The notes beneath the pieces were generated by a model. It was not told where the DNA came from and ran no database searches. It was given only the letters and a program-made list of their open reading frames with translations. From assembly GCF_002113885.1 (NCBI RefSeq), contig NW_018405386.1, positions 1,549,744 to 1,613,743 on the forward strand: DNA of 64,000 nt, read 5' to 3'. Numbering within the stretch: the stretch's first letter is position 1; the number at the start of each line of letters is the position of its first letter. The DNA is from Mizuhopecten yessoensis. Its lineage: Eukaryota. Made by a program: the position numbers and the translations under genes. Shown one piece after another: positions 24,896-38,869 of this stretch.

Positions 24896-26977
24896 CCAAA
24901 GCTAAAGTACTTAAAATGCTACTCCTTTAGTGCCGGTACAGGGATCTTCTAAGGTCTGAGAATTATTGGGCAAAATGTTTCCAATGGTTCACGAAAGGAG
25001 GTTGTGGACCAGCTTTGGTAATAGATGCGGAACACAACAGGCGAAAAACTGTTTAATTTAAATATTCTACTTTTTTCAGTATGGATATATAACTTTTTCC
25101 AAATCTAGTCTGGATCATTCTTTGCCTAAATGGACTTAATATTGTATAAATGGAGGATGTAACCCTCCTAGCGACAAAGGGAGGGGATTAATAGGGAAAA
25201 GAAAGATAAATCTTGAAAACCATGTTAATTAATTATTGGTAAAAAGCTTTTATCAAAATTTTGTCTTGATCATCATTGGGCCAACGGATCTCAAACCAAC
25301 TGTTTATGAGCATCATTGATCTTAGATACCCTGGAATAAATAGTTATGTAAAGGAAGAGTGAAACTTCCCTTGGGACTGAAGGGCAAGGTCCCAAATGGA
25401 ATAACTTAAAAAAGATTGTGGAGTCTTTGCATGATGATGTATACAATTTTCTAAAGGACCTGGGACTTTATGGGTCATTTCTGGCCCCATGAAAAGTAAA
25501 AATTTCAACTTGAATGCATTTAACAATTTCTGTAATAAACATCATATTGGTAAATTAGGGCTTTCTTTCTTGGAGCAGATTTTTTCAATGCGTATGCGTA
25601 GATGGCCTGCCATATCAACTAAATTGCGTTGCTATATATAAATAGCCAAAATAAGGTTTTTGGACAACTGGAAAGCAGAAATGAAAGCCTCCCAATGTGA
25701 CAAACAAAACTTCCCTTCTACAAATGAACTTGTATGACAATATTTAAGAATGTCAAATATGTATTTGTTTGGTTCATGCGGAGGCTTTTAAACATTAAAA
25801 AGTGTTTAACTAATTTGCTTCAAAATTGCAAATTTTCAAATAAATACCCCACAACAGTCGATATTCACGCATTTAATTATGAAAATGCGGATTTATGTCT
25901 CTCTTTGTAATGCCATATCTCCTAAACCATTTGTCGTTTCATTTTTGCGTACTTCATTTATCCCCTGTGAGAGCAGAAATGACCCTTTACGCCTCTAATC
26001 CTTTAACACTTCATAACGATAAAAACATCTTCTTCTTTATGGATCCCTGTTTCACTTTACTGTAATTTTTTGTAAATATTTAATCCCCTTAGTTCCGTTT
26101 ATGACATAATTATAGCTCAGTTGTCCCAGGACAATTCAATCGACCGGCTAGCTCAGCCTATTGAAGTGATAGTAAAACAATTTCAAGTCCAAAGCGGGAC
26201 TCCTGGACTGTCTCCCCTGAATTTGTTTTACACACAGATCACTGTTGTTGATTTTATATTGTTAACTTCAAATATCGTATTGGTATCTTTTTAAACTGAT
26301 TTATCAAAGATATGATCATGCTGGAAATGCAGTGTCTTATGCTTAATTACAATTTTACAGTGTTACTTGGATCCTTAAATGGAAATATTGATAATGAATA
26401 TGCGGTTTCGTTTTGAACAATAGGAAATGATGAAGCTTGCCATTTTGCTCAAGCAGGTTTCATTTCTCGTGCAGTTAGGTTAAAAAATGAGCGTTGTTAT
26501 GGTTAAAAAATGTGCGTTTTAAAAATCGCATACTTACATTGGAATTAAAATGCTACAAATGAAACTAAATTAGAAGGACAGTTATTCTCATTAAACGTTA
26601 AGTATAAGAAAACACAGGTCCTCAGCCTGCTCACCATAAAACTTATATACGTCGACAATTCGTGTTCAGTTAAGAAATGATTAACATAGCATGTGACTTT
26701 CTGGAGCAAACTGTTATATAGAAGTAATAACGACAGTGCAGACAAAGAAATATATAGTATATATTTATAGTATCTTAAATATATATATAATAAAAACAAG
26801 ATAACACACATCGGATAAACAGTAACCCAACAATTAATTTTATTATTTCGTAGAAATAGCAGGAACAATAATGATACAAAATCGAGTAATTACATTTATA
26901 ATGTAATAACCGAAACAACTTTAAATTGTGAGCTATATTACTTGGTTTAGTGTTCATATATATATATATATATATAC

Positions 26978-27047
26978 GGGCAAAGAAGTAATCACGAGAG
27001 TGCAGACAAATTTCTTTGTCTGCACTCTCGTTATTATTACTTTGCCC
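26978..27047. mobile_element. Long hairpin next to a (TA)n tract, probably collapsed MITE terminal inverted repeats
   Basis: Perfect 17-bp stem ACGAGAGTGCAGACAAA-tttc-TTTGTCTGCACTCTCGT (26994-27031) with outer arms GGGCAAAG/CTTTGCCC; another arm copy at 26721-26750. Confidence 0.6.
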
Positions 27048-27536
27048 ATGTATCTATTTAAGTAATAAGCATCCAACCAACATTTGTTAGTTCGGATACA
27101 GTGCCAATATTGGATCATACTGTCGTTATTACTCATAAGACCCATATATATATTTATATATATAACATATATTGAAAACCAAATAATATTAGGTACCAAG
27201 TATTACGGTTTTAATGTAAACTGCATTACATGTATATTACATATTACAGCATAGCCTTGTTATTTCTAGTTACAGCACGTCACTGACACACGTGAAGGTA
27301 TAATTAATGGTGTGTGAATTTTAGCCGCGTATCTCCTGGTTTAATGTGCCGACACGCATATCATCAGTTTTAGCAACAATAACAATTTGATTGTTTATGG
27401 CATAATTTGGTTCATCTTTGGGGTTTTAACGTCCAGTGATTACTACACACAGGTGTTTTTTTAGGTCAGGTTGGTACCTTTGAACTTATTTCATGAAAAA
27501 CAATCAACATGTTATTTTGTGTTGATAAGGTTCAGG

Positions 27537-27668
27537 ACGCGTTTTGCTTTTTTCCTAGAACTCCTCCTCTGTGTTGATCACGTGATCATATTCCTAGAAT
27601 CTGTACATCATCTGCGTAGGCTGTGATAATGGAATGCCCAGCCTATTCCAGAGTGAACGCTATATAAG
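27537..27668 (+). promoter_or_regulatory. Proximal promoter of paralog C: two TTCCTAGAA (STAT/GAS-type) sites, E-box palindrome, GATA site and TATA box
   Basis: TTCCTAGAA at 27552-27560 and 27591-27599; TGATCACGTGATCA at 27575-27588; TGATAA at about 27624; TATATAA at 27661, 65 nt upstream of the ATG. The block is conserved upstream of paralog E. Confidence 0.7.
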
Positions 27669-27725
27669 AGGGGTGTACATTGTGAAAAACTATTCTGACC
27701 TAAAAGAGGGCAACATACTTCAACC

Positions 27726-30700
27726 ATGATCCTGTCAGCTTGTTTGTGCCTGGTCCTGCTCAACTTGGGGTTGACATCCGCAGTCGTCCATGATAGTGAT
27801 GATAGTAAGTTTTTTTTTTATATATTTGATTATGCTACTTATCAAATGAAATTATCACAACATTAAAATTTAACCAGTTATTTTGTAGCTGAAGAAATAT
27901 GTAAAAGTCAGGAGTCGTTAGACAAGAATTCTTATTCAATACTTTTTTAATGTTCTGATTGCAAGACTTGCATTTAAATGTATTATGATGTCAAAAATAA
28001 CGTACTATCATTGCATAAAATAGATACCCGATTTATTTATTTATTTAAATGGCGATCCTCCATTTGCCTGATAATTCCTGTTTCAATGTTCTCTCGACAT
28101 CGGTTTCGGAGCCATTAAAATACAACCGCAATATTACACCATTTGAAATCAGCAGGGACTGTAATTAATATGCGGGCAATCTAAAAATGGAAACGAAAAA
28201 ACAGTTACTGAATTCTATATCTTATTTAAATATACGAACAAACATTCGTCAAATAAATATTATCTGCCTGGAATGTTCGGTATGTGTTTCAAACGGGGAC
28301 TGTGATCACAGTATTCAAAGAGTGACATTTCGAACATACTTTCCCTATACCAACATATCTTGCTGTTTAATTCAAGTATCTATAATTAACGTATAATTAA
28401 TTATCAAAAATGTTTCCTCCCTTTAATTGATTTTTCAACTTGTTGATATTAATATATTTATGATATCTTTTTACTTATAAATGCATGTTGATAATAGAAG
28501 TTGTTAATCATTGTTCGTGTACTTTTCAGTTTTAGTTGTACGGTTAATAACTTTTATTTTCTATTCTTTTTAACTATTGAGTTACAAGGCAACGAAAATT
28601 GTTTTTAGCTGACTGTGTTCATTGATTTAAGGATGTCTTCAGGCTTCGGCAGAAAAAGTCCTAGTGAAAACTATGATTTTGTAGTGAGCAAAGTAAAACG
28701 TGTACTAAGCAAACATGTAAATATATGCGTATTTCTTCGCCACGTTGTCGTGTGAAACAGCTGGATAAATTGCAGCTACAGAACACTTATCGCTCCGGAG
28801 TCGATGCTCAGAAGATAACATATTTCTTCGTTTCATTGATGTTGAGCAAGCCCATCTAGTTTTGAAAACAAGCAAACTGTATAATAAGCCTAAGTTTGTA
28901 TACGGTTACACATAACATAAATTATGTAAAAATGCATCGACTCACAAGGACAAAAAAGTTTGACAAGTTTGTATACGGTTACAAATTTAGTTATATTTAA
29001 CCCTTTCATCCCTATGTAACTTCAGTAAACTATACCATGCATTGATTTGGTTGAGTCGATTATGGTCTACAGTGGTGAAAGGGTTAACAATGTATCAAAC
29101 ACAATATGAAATGGTTGAGTTTTCTCCGTCTGCATAACACAGGAGTGATTTGTTATTTTTCTGTCATACTTGCTACTGTGAAACAAAAGTTGCAATCGTT
29201 AACCCTATGTACCGCGCAATTATATATGCGCGACAAAACTGATGACGAATCATGGTAGCGTTGCATAAAATGATGACGCGATGGTGACGTTTTCAGAATA
29301 ACAGTGCGTGTGCGCTGTCTTTCCCTTGGTAGGCTATAAAATGGTTTATCTTTTCCAGACAACAGCGGGAATGCGCCTGTAAAGTGTTGAAGAATCAGTT
29401 TTCTTATCTGCATGACATAAATGGGGTATACATTGTGTGTTCTTATTAGTTTGGTAAATGCCCATTACTCAATTTAAATCATAACTTGTTTCATACTTGT
29501 GTCAAACGAAAACATTTCACATGCTTGGTATACTCAATTTGTTTTCTTTTTCTTTGTACAGAGGCCACAGAAATCAATTACTATGTAGTAATAAATTTTC
29601 AGCGGAGATACAATGACGATTTTCCTGCTCTGGAGAAAAAACTTGAGGACGCATCACGACAATGCGAACTGAAAATCAACACAACGATCGATACCTGTTT
29701 GGCCTGTATTAAAAGGTATCTATCCACTAATAAAGGGAACAACGGACATTTTTAATCCATTTCCTAGGTACATAATATTTTGTATAAATATGCTAATGTG
29801 TTGCGATAGTTTAAATACTTGCAGTGGGTTTGGTGTATAAGAGCATAAAGTTTTCCTTTCTTATTATGTTGTGTTGCCTTTGAACTATGATTCCATCTTT
29901 GTACTCTGTGGTATATTCAGGCGTATTATGTATCAACATTTCTTATTTATATTCTTACAGAAACCAAAATTCTGGCCATTCACCAGGAAGTGTCGGATTT
30001 GATCAAGTTATTTTAGGTATTATCCCAGCCCCCTTCCGTACTGGGTTGGACAAGTTTGGTAAAGGATTGAATTTCGCAAAGAAAATCCCAAATTTTATTA
30101 CAGGCACCATTCCAAAGACAGCCGAAAACGTCGGAAAAGAGGTCGGTAAATTTGTCACTGGTACGATTCCGAACACTGCCAAAAATATTGGCAAGGAGTT
30201 TGGTACCTTCTTCACCGGCACATTACCTGGAGTTACTAAAAATGTAGGAAAGGAATTAGGCACATTCTTCACCGGCACGATACCGAAAGTAGGCAAAACA
30301 ATCGGCAATGGCTTCAAAAGTTTTGGTAACTCTTTGAAAGGTAATTATCCAATTATATATTCATAAAAATATAGTAAATTTATAGTTATATTTAAAAGAG
30401 TGCAACGAAGAATTAGTATCTTAACAAGTTAAAAAATAATATTGGTCAGAAATAGAGAAAGTGTAACTCAATTCCCAGAACACAATTACACCCAACATAA
30501 ATTCAATAGAAATATATTATTGATACATTTAATACAATAAACAAATACTACTGTACGGGTTATACATAGTATTGAGCTAATCTGTTAGTTTTTGTATGTA
30601 TACATCAGACATATATCACCATCTTTAATATCTAGTAGTGAAATGTAGCTACTTACATAGACTATTAAGCTGTCACGTGTAGGTGATTAAGTTCATATGC

Positions 30701-31004
30701 AAATAGTTGAGCTTTCATATGAAGCTGTTCAGAAGACGAACGTAACACACACACACAGGTATAAAATGCTATTCGAAAATTATGTCAGTATATGTCCATA
30801 TCAATGCATGCATGTGTCATAGAAATATTCATACACATGTGTATATATAATTATGTACATCTGACAGTTTGCACAGTGTATTTATTACTGTTTCTTAACT
30901 GCTCGAAATTATGCGTGCATAATGATACATCCGATTCAATGTATGTAAGTCTGTCTCAATGTATACATGTATGTATGTTCTGTCTGTCTGTCTGTGTGTC
31001 TGGT

Positions 31005-31039
<35 letters not shown>

Positions 31040-33832
31040 GCATGTCTGTATGTCTGCCTGTCGGGGTAGTTGTCTGTCTGTCTGTCTGTGTGTCTGTCTC
31101 TGTCTGTCTGTCTGTCTCATGTATGTGTGTATGAGTATATATGTAGATGTATTTGTATGTGTATTATGTTTTTTGTTTATACTAGACGTGCTATGTTTAT
31201 CCTTGCTTGTAATATTATGTTGTATATGGAATTTGTTGGGGTGTGAAAGAAGTATGTTTTGTGTTCTTGTCCTGTACTCTGTTTACAAATATTTTATTTT
31301 CCCATTGCCCTTCCTATTTATTTAGTTATTGTTTGACTGATGGATGTTGAATGAGAACCCTCCTGTGTGAGGACACCATATTGTTCAGGGGCTTACTCCA
31401 GGGCTGCCCAACCCTGGCATCCCCTATCAAAATATTTATATATGTATATATATCTGCTTGGAAGCAGTATATGTATATACATATTTATGAAAAAAAAATG
31501 GCTGGGGGAATAAAATATTTGAACCTAAAAATTTAAAACAAAAACAAAAAAAAACACACACAGGTGATTGCACCTTCAAAATTCAGTAATACACACAGAA
31601 TGCCAAAATGAATGACACTGCACCATACATCTGTTTCATCCTTCCATGATTCATTGGTGATGCTAGAGGGCTAGACTGGTCTAGACTACTGTATATTCAT
31701 AATTAACATTTAAATGCCATATCGAGGTGTTATATATAAGGAGTAACTGTCATATGAAGCTTTGTGTGTATTATATATAACTGGCATGTGCTGTTGATAC
31801 AATTTAGGAGTCATATATAACCTATTTACTCTTTCATCCTTGAAATTTCATAATGAACTATTCCAACGCTTGAACTGGAAGAGGTCAAATGCATCTTCAG
31901 GGGTGATATATACTTGAATTCATTAACCATACTCACTGGGTTTTTTTTGTTTTGTTTTGCTATTTATAAATTGTATGGAATTGAGCTAATTTTCTACAAA
32001 TGTTCACGTATCTGCAGATTTGTTCGGACGCAGAAGGAGAAGGGCAGCATCGGTTTGTCCTTCCTGCGACAAAATTGACAGCGACAAGTTAACTGCAGAG
32101 GAGATCCGGAGGGCTGGTTAGTATTTCTGATAACATCAATACCACTTACAAATACGTAGCTTCTCTTTGTCAATGACCCTACAGATAAAGCACAATAAGT
32201 GATACTTACATAATATATTACATTCTGTAGTTGCTAAAATGATAGCATGCAATTTGTTACGAATATATGAAAACATAATTCTAAAATTCATTTGTGAAAA
32301 CCAAATGATTTTGTTATTTTGATGCGAGGTTAAGTTTTGGTGAAGAATATATATCATATAACTTAAGTACGTATTTCGTTTAAAGAAGAGTTCCATAATT
32401 CAATGAAAACAAGGAAAATATCGTAAACAATATAAGTTCCTATTGTCTATCTAAGTAACACCATGTCCAAAGTAAAAATAGCATTCAATGATGTTTGTTT
32501 ACCCTTCAAAAACAGTGTGCGGACAAGAATTATTCAACATCTTTGAAGAATACGTCGATGCATCAAACGTCTTCCAGTGGCTGGCAGATGAAAACGCTAT
32601 CGTTACCAAGGTAAATCCATAATCAGAATTATAATGCAAATTCAAAAGACGTGCGTTCTTTCATTAAAAGTGAACGGAGATCGATCGTTTTAAGTTCATT
32701 CTATTATATATTTTTATTTGATAATATATATAATAATATATTTGTTATTAATATTCATACTCGCATTATCAGAATAACTTGCAGCTTCTCTTGATATTGT
32801 CGTTTTATTAAGTCCCCAAAACGAATTTGCTGCGTTTCATCTTATGATTATTATTCTGCATTTTCCTTATATTTTTCCCGCAAAATAGCGTCCAGAGATT
32901 TTTTTTCAGAAACTACTATCTTGATACAAATGAAATTTTAGATAAGCATTCGTAGACATATGAAAATATGCGCAACACGTTCCTTTTTTTCCGATCGTCA
33001 TCAAACATGGCCGTCGTGGTCTATAAATGATTGACAAAGTAATGGGTGTACGCCAAGGTGATGCCAACTGTCCTTCTCTTTGTCTGAATTTGCTACAACT
33101 TAACTTGTAAGGGTATAACAGCAATGTAAATTCTTTGCAATGCGTCATTTGTATTTATGTAAATGTCCTCGTTTCAATTAGAACTAGTTACAATTAATAA
33201 ACGGAATGGGACTTTGTTTTAAAAAAAAAAAAATGTAGCTGTTGCTATCATGACTTAATACTATTCCCCTATATCTGTTTTAAGCGTGTTAGTTTCAATG
33301 TTTTTTTTTTACATTTTCGTTGTGTGTAAAATTTATGACCATAGTTTTCTATTTTAACATTGGGTATATATGTTACAAAATTATGATTTGTTACACAGGG
33401 AAAAACCAAACGAATTGTTTATTATGTGACTTAATTAATGAAAACCGGTTTCTATAAAATAATCTAAATCAATAAAATATATTTTTAAAACTTAAAATAA
33501 TCATTATAATAATAATAAAAAAAAACTGTTTGCTCTCAAATATAACGTTATACTATTAATATAATAAAACGCATTTGAATTATTATCATTGAATTATGTT
33601 TTTTTTTTTACAGGTGTCGTTCAATACAGATGATACAACTAGTAAACCTCTACAGAAAATTTTTACTGTGAAGCCGTTCACTGTCACCTACAGTATTGGA
33701 GCTGGTGCTGCTTCAAATGAGTACACAGAAACCAACGCAATACTGGACATCAACGACTACACCAATGCTGCATTTGGCGATGCCCTTGCTAACAAAATCT
33801 GGAAGGAATACGTTCCTGGAGCTGCAGCGTAA
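27726..33832 (+). CDS. Paralog C: same family (341 aa)
   Basis: join(27726..27804,29562..29715,29961..30340,32018..32116,32516..32610,33614..33832), 1026 nt in frame. Signal MILSACLCLVLLNLGLTSA; CELKINTTIDTCLAC; four TFFTGTIP-type repeats; DLFGRRRRRAASVCPSCD; VCGQ..AIVTK; ..FGDALANKIWKEYVPGAAA*. TATATAA at 27661, AATAAA at 33953. Confidence 0.92.
30960..31130. repeat. (TCTG)n microsatellite in intron 3 of paralog C
   Basis: Directly visible. Confidence 0.9.
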
Positions 33833-34184
33833 TCAACGGTTAACAAATCAACAGTTTTTCCTTGTTGTACTCTCACCTCTCACTGTTCTCATTACTACAA
33901 TATTATATTTTCTTAATACATTTTGTTTACATTTTTCTTTTTAACCTAACTCAATAAATATTTCTTCAAAGCCATGTTTTGTTAGTTATCATGTCGGGTT
34001 ATTTGATATTAGATTACACAGTTATATAGAGAATGTTGACATTATTAACTAATCAAGTATCGATTCATTATAGTGATTAATGGGCAGTGTCATTTTGAGG
34101 TGCCACACTTAACTAGTATCGAAATATTTATTTAAATACTCCTTGTTGTAATGACCTCAGTTGAGGCTTATATTTTGTGATGTA

Positions 34185-36755
34185 AATCTAAGGGTGGATC
34201 CGTTAGTATCATGATATCAATCTAAAGATGGATCCGTGTGTATCGTGATAACAATCTAAGGGTGGATACGTTAGTATCGTGATAACAATCTAAGGGTGGA
34301 TCCGTTAGTATAATGATAACAATCTAAGGGTGGATCCGTTAGTATAATGATAACAATCTAAGGGTGGATCCATTAGAATAATGATAACAATCTAAGAATG
34401 GATCCGTTTGTATCGTGATAACAATCTAAGGGTGGATCCGTTAGTATAATGATAACAATCTAAAGGTGGATACGTTAGTATCGTGATAACAATCTAAAGA
34501 TGGATCCATTAGTATAATGATGACAATCTAAGAATGGATCCGTTTGTATCGTAATAACAATCTAAGGGTGGATCCGTTAGTATAATGATAACAATCTAAG
34601 GGTGGATCCGTTAGTATAATGATAACAATCTAAGGGTGGATACGTTAGTATAATGATAACAATCTAAGGGTGGATCCGTTAGTATAATGATAACAATCTA
34701 AGGGTGGATCCATTAGAATAATGATAACAATCTAAGAATGGATCCGTTTGTATCGTGATAACAATCTAAGGGTGGATCCGTTAGTATAATGATATCAATC
34801 TAAGGGTGGATCCGTTAGTATCGTGATAACAATCTAAAGATGGATCCATTAGTATAATGATAACAATCTAAGAATGAATCCGTTTGTATCGTAATAACAA
34901 TCTAAGGGTGGATCCGTTAGTATAATGATAACAATCTAAAGGTGGATACGTTAGTATCGTGATAACAATCTAAGGGTGGATCCGTTAGTATAATGATAAC
35001 AATCTAAGGGTGGATACGTTAGTATAATGATATCAATCTAAAGGTGGATACGTTAGTATCGTGATAACAATCTAAGGGTGGATCCGTTAGTATAATGATA
35101 ACAATCTAAGGGTGGATCCGTTAGTATAATGATAACAATCTAAGGGTGGATACGTTAGTATAATGATATCAATCTAAGGGTGGATCCGTTAGTATCGTGA
35201 TAACAATCTAAAGATGGATCCATTAGTATAATGATAACAATCTAAGAATGGATCCGTTTGTATCGTGATAACAATCTAAGGGAGGATACGTTAGTATCGT
35301 GATAACAATCTAAAGATGGATCCATTAGTATAATGATAAAAATCTAAGAATGGATCCGTTTGTATCGTGATAACAATCTAAGGGTGGATCCGTTAATATC
35401 GGGGTTAAAAAAACCTGAGGGTGGATCCATTAGGATCGTGATAAATATCTAAGGATGGATCCATCAGTATTGTGATAAAAACCTAAGTACGGACCCGTTA
35501 GTAACATGATAACAATCTTATGGTGTATCCGTTAGCATCGTGATAATGATCAAAGTATGCACCCGTAAGTATCGTGATAGCAATATAATGGTGGATCCGT
35601 TATTATAGTGATAACAGTCTTAGATTAGATCAGTTAGTATCGTGATACCGATCTAAGTACTAACCCGTTAGTATCGTGATAACAATCGAATGGTAGACCC
35701 GTTAGTATAATGATAACAATCTAAGTATGGACCCGTTAACATCGCGAAAACAATATAAGGGTAGACCCGTTAGTACCGTGATAACAATCTAAGGGTGGAC
35801 CCGTTAACATCGCGATAACGATCTAAGGGTGGACCCGTTAGTATCGTTATAACAATCTAAGGGTGGATACGTTAGTATCGTGATAACAATCTAAGGGTGG
35901 ACCCGTTAGTATAATGATAACAGTCTAAGGGTGGATCCGTAAGTATAATGATAACAATCTAAGGGTGGATCCGTTAGTATAATGATAACAATGTAAGTAT
36001 GAACCAGTTAATATCGTGATAACAATCTAAGTATGGACCCGTTAGTACCATGATACCAAACTTAGGGTGGATCCGTCATTATAATAATAACGATCTAAAT
36101 ATGGTCCCGTAAGTATCGTGAAAACAATCTAAGTATGGACCTGTTAGTATCGTGATAACAATCTTAGGGTGGACCCGTTAGTATCGTGATAATAATCTAG
36201 GGATGGACCCGTTAGTATCGTGATAACAATCTAAGAGTGGATCCGTCAATATCGTGATAATAAGCTAAGGGTGGATCCGTTAGTATAGTTATAACAATCT
36301 AAGGGTGGATCCATTAGTATCGTGATATCAATCTAAAGGTCCGTTAGTATCGTGATAACAATCTAAAGATGGATCCGTTTGTATAATGATAACAATATAA
36401 GGGTGGATCCATTAGTATCGTGATAACAATATAAGGGTGGATCCGTTAATATCGTGATAAAAACTGAGGGGGGGGGGGGGGGGGGCATTAGAGATTTTGA
36501 TAAAAATCGAAGGGTAGATCTTTTAGGATCGTGATAAAAACCTTAGGATGGATCCTTAATGATCGTGATAAGAATTTTAAGAGAGGATCCATTGGGATCG
36601 TGATACAAATCTAACGATGGATCCGTTTGTATCATAATAAAAATCTAAGGGTGGATCCTTTAGGATCGTGATAAAAGTCTAAGAGGTGATCCATTATGAT
36701 CGTGATAAATATTTAAAGGGGGGTCAATTAGGAACGTGATTGAAATCTAAGGGTC
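34185..36755. repeat. 34-bp minisatellite array (about 75 copies) between convergent paralogs C and D
   Basis: AATCTAAGGGTGGATCCGTTAGTATAATGATAAC at 34321, 34355 and onward; head-to-tail with no spacers. Confidence 0.95.
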
Positions 36756-37462
36756 GATAATGTAAATTCATTAGTTTACACAATTACAGATAAACTTTTA
36801 TTTTGCTCGCAGCATAGAACATGCTTTTGTGATAAGCAAAATAAACATCTTCTCGAAAAAAAGATCTACCGCTGTTATTTCGCAGAATTGAATTTAGCAG
36901 TGTTGCATCCGTTTATGATTTGAGGTTTTTGATATTGCACTACATCGATAGCAACTTTCTATTTCATAACAGTTTTCACATTAATGCACGTGACATTTCA
37001 AAATTAACAGATAGGTTCAGCTTGCAAATATAACGTACAGAATCATCTGAAAAAGTTAGCTACTGCACAGTAACTCGATAGTTTTTCTTCGTTGGCGGTT
37101 AAAAAAATAGCCATCGGAAACTTTTCATAAAACATATCAATTTTCAAGATAAATTCTAAGCCTGGATGAAATACATTAAATTCTGATAGAAACAAAAACA
37201 GCAGTGAAACCTCGAATAAACCTGATTGTTGACTCGTATACTGGGCAGGAGTAATAAATGATAGTTTCCGATTCCATTATTGATTGGTTTGCAGATTTCT
37301 GCATCAAATGAAATATATAAACCTTAGATAGATACTGATAAAATCCGTGCCATTATGTCACGAAGAAGTTGTCAATGAATTCTTAATTAAAATATACCGG
37401 CGCAGAATTAAATGTTCCGGAACGGTAGGTATATTCTCACCAAATTACCAACTTCGAATATG

Positions 37463-37995
37463 GAATAGAATAAAGGTTATCAACGAGAAGAAAGACACGG
37501 TGAACAAGCACACAACCCTGGCAGACACGTGTTGTCTTGTAGCATTGATTCACCAGATTCCTAGCCTCGGATCCGAATAGAATAAAGGTTATCAACGAGG
37601 AGAAAGACACGGTGAACAAGCACACAACCCTGGCAGACACGTGATACCTTGTAGCATTTTCACATCAGAATCCTATTTCCGGATTCGGAATAGAATAAAG
37701 GTTATCTATCAGAAAGAAGACACGGTGAAAAAACACACAACCCTAACAGACACTGAAATCTTGTAGCATTTTCATATCAGAATCCTATTTCCGGATCCGG
37801 AATAGAATAAAGGTTATCTATCAGAAAGAAAGACACAATGATCAAGCATACAACCCTGGCAGACACTGATGTCTTGTAGCATTTTCACATCAGAATCCTA
37901 TTTCCGGATCCAGAATAGAATAAAGGTTATCCATCAGAAAGAAAGAAACAGTGAACAAGCACACAATCCTGGTAAACACTGATGTCTTGTAGTCT
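37463..37995. repeat. 112-113-bp tandem repeat, about 5 copies
   Basis: GAATAGAATAAAGGTTATC at 37463, 37575, 37688, 37800 and 37913. Confidence 0.92.
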
Positions 37996-38869
37996 TTATA
38001 AGGTCCAAATGATCATTAAAATTCTTCAATCTAAGTGAAGGCCTCCGGAAACATTCAGACACCAAAAGGGCTTCCTCTTTTGGCTTAAACTGCAAAGAAA
38101 AAGCCATCTAGCTTTGCAGATGCAACCACATTTTTCTACAATTTAAGAGGATGTGTTGAGAATCTAGTGGACCACCGGGACATTTTTAAATAGAAGATGT
38201 GGCAAAAAAATCTTGCTGAACACTGGGATTTATGGTGACAAGATGGTACACAAACGAATAAGCGGTGGATGTATAGTAGGATAAATACACTACTGTTGGT
38301 TATATAGTGAGACAACAGAATAGGTGTCGGCTACAATATAGTGGGACAACCGAATAAGTGTAGGCAATATGATTGGACAACTGAATAAATGAAGGATAGA
38401 ATTAAAGTTCGAAAATTACATTTCCGCGCATTTTAGTCTTTTAGGCTCTTTAGACAAGTATTTATTTTATTTCATGTAAAATTTATGACATGACGGACAA
38501 AGGTTGGTAGCCGAAACCTGTTTATGAGGGAAAATAATCTTAAGAGGGTACACCCAAGTTAATAATAAATGATTAGAGATACCACAACTGCGGTACAAAT
38601 TTTACAAACAGTTTTCAGTAATTTATATCAGTATACCATAGCTTAGCAATGTCCAAAACCATATTTAGTTAAAATCCACTCTTAACTAGGCCGAAAAAGA
38701 AAAACTGACGAATGGACGACGGACAAGGACACGGCGTTTGATAGAGGTATCACAAATCCTTATATATGTATCATGTAATAAAATAGAACACCACGAATTA
38801 ATATAATAACCTTAATGATGATAACGTTGACCGAATGTATCCAAAGTGTTACATTCAGTGCGGTACTCT

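Noticed and set aside
32018-32610. Saposin-like reading of CxxC..T.EEI..VC
   Set aside because: Cys spacing (about 15-17 versus about 27 residues) and the N-terminal C-x10-C-x2-C do not fit the saposin or swaposin pattern; needs HHpred to exclude fully.
32940-33110. GVRQGD-like reverse-transcriptase motif in the last intron of paralog C
   Set aside because: Too short and degenerate to call a LINE fragment with confidence.
34185-36755. CRISPR-like appearance of this and the other 29-35-bp arrays
   Set aside because: Units are head-to-tail with no unique spacers, the context is eukaryotic, and there are no cas genes.
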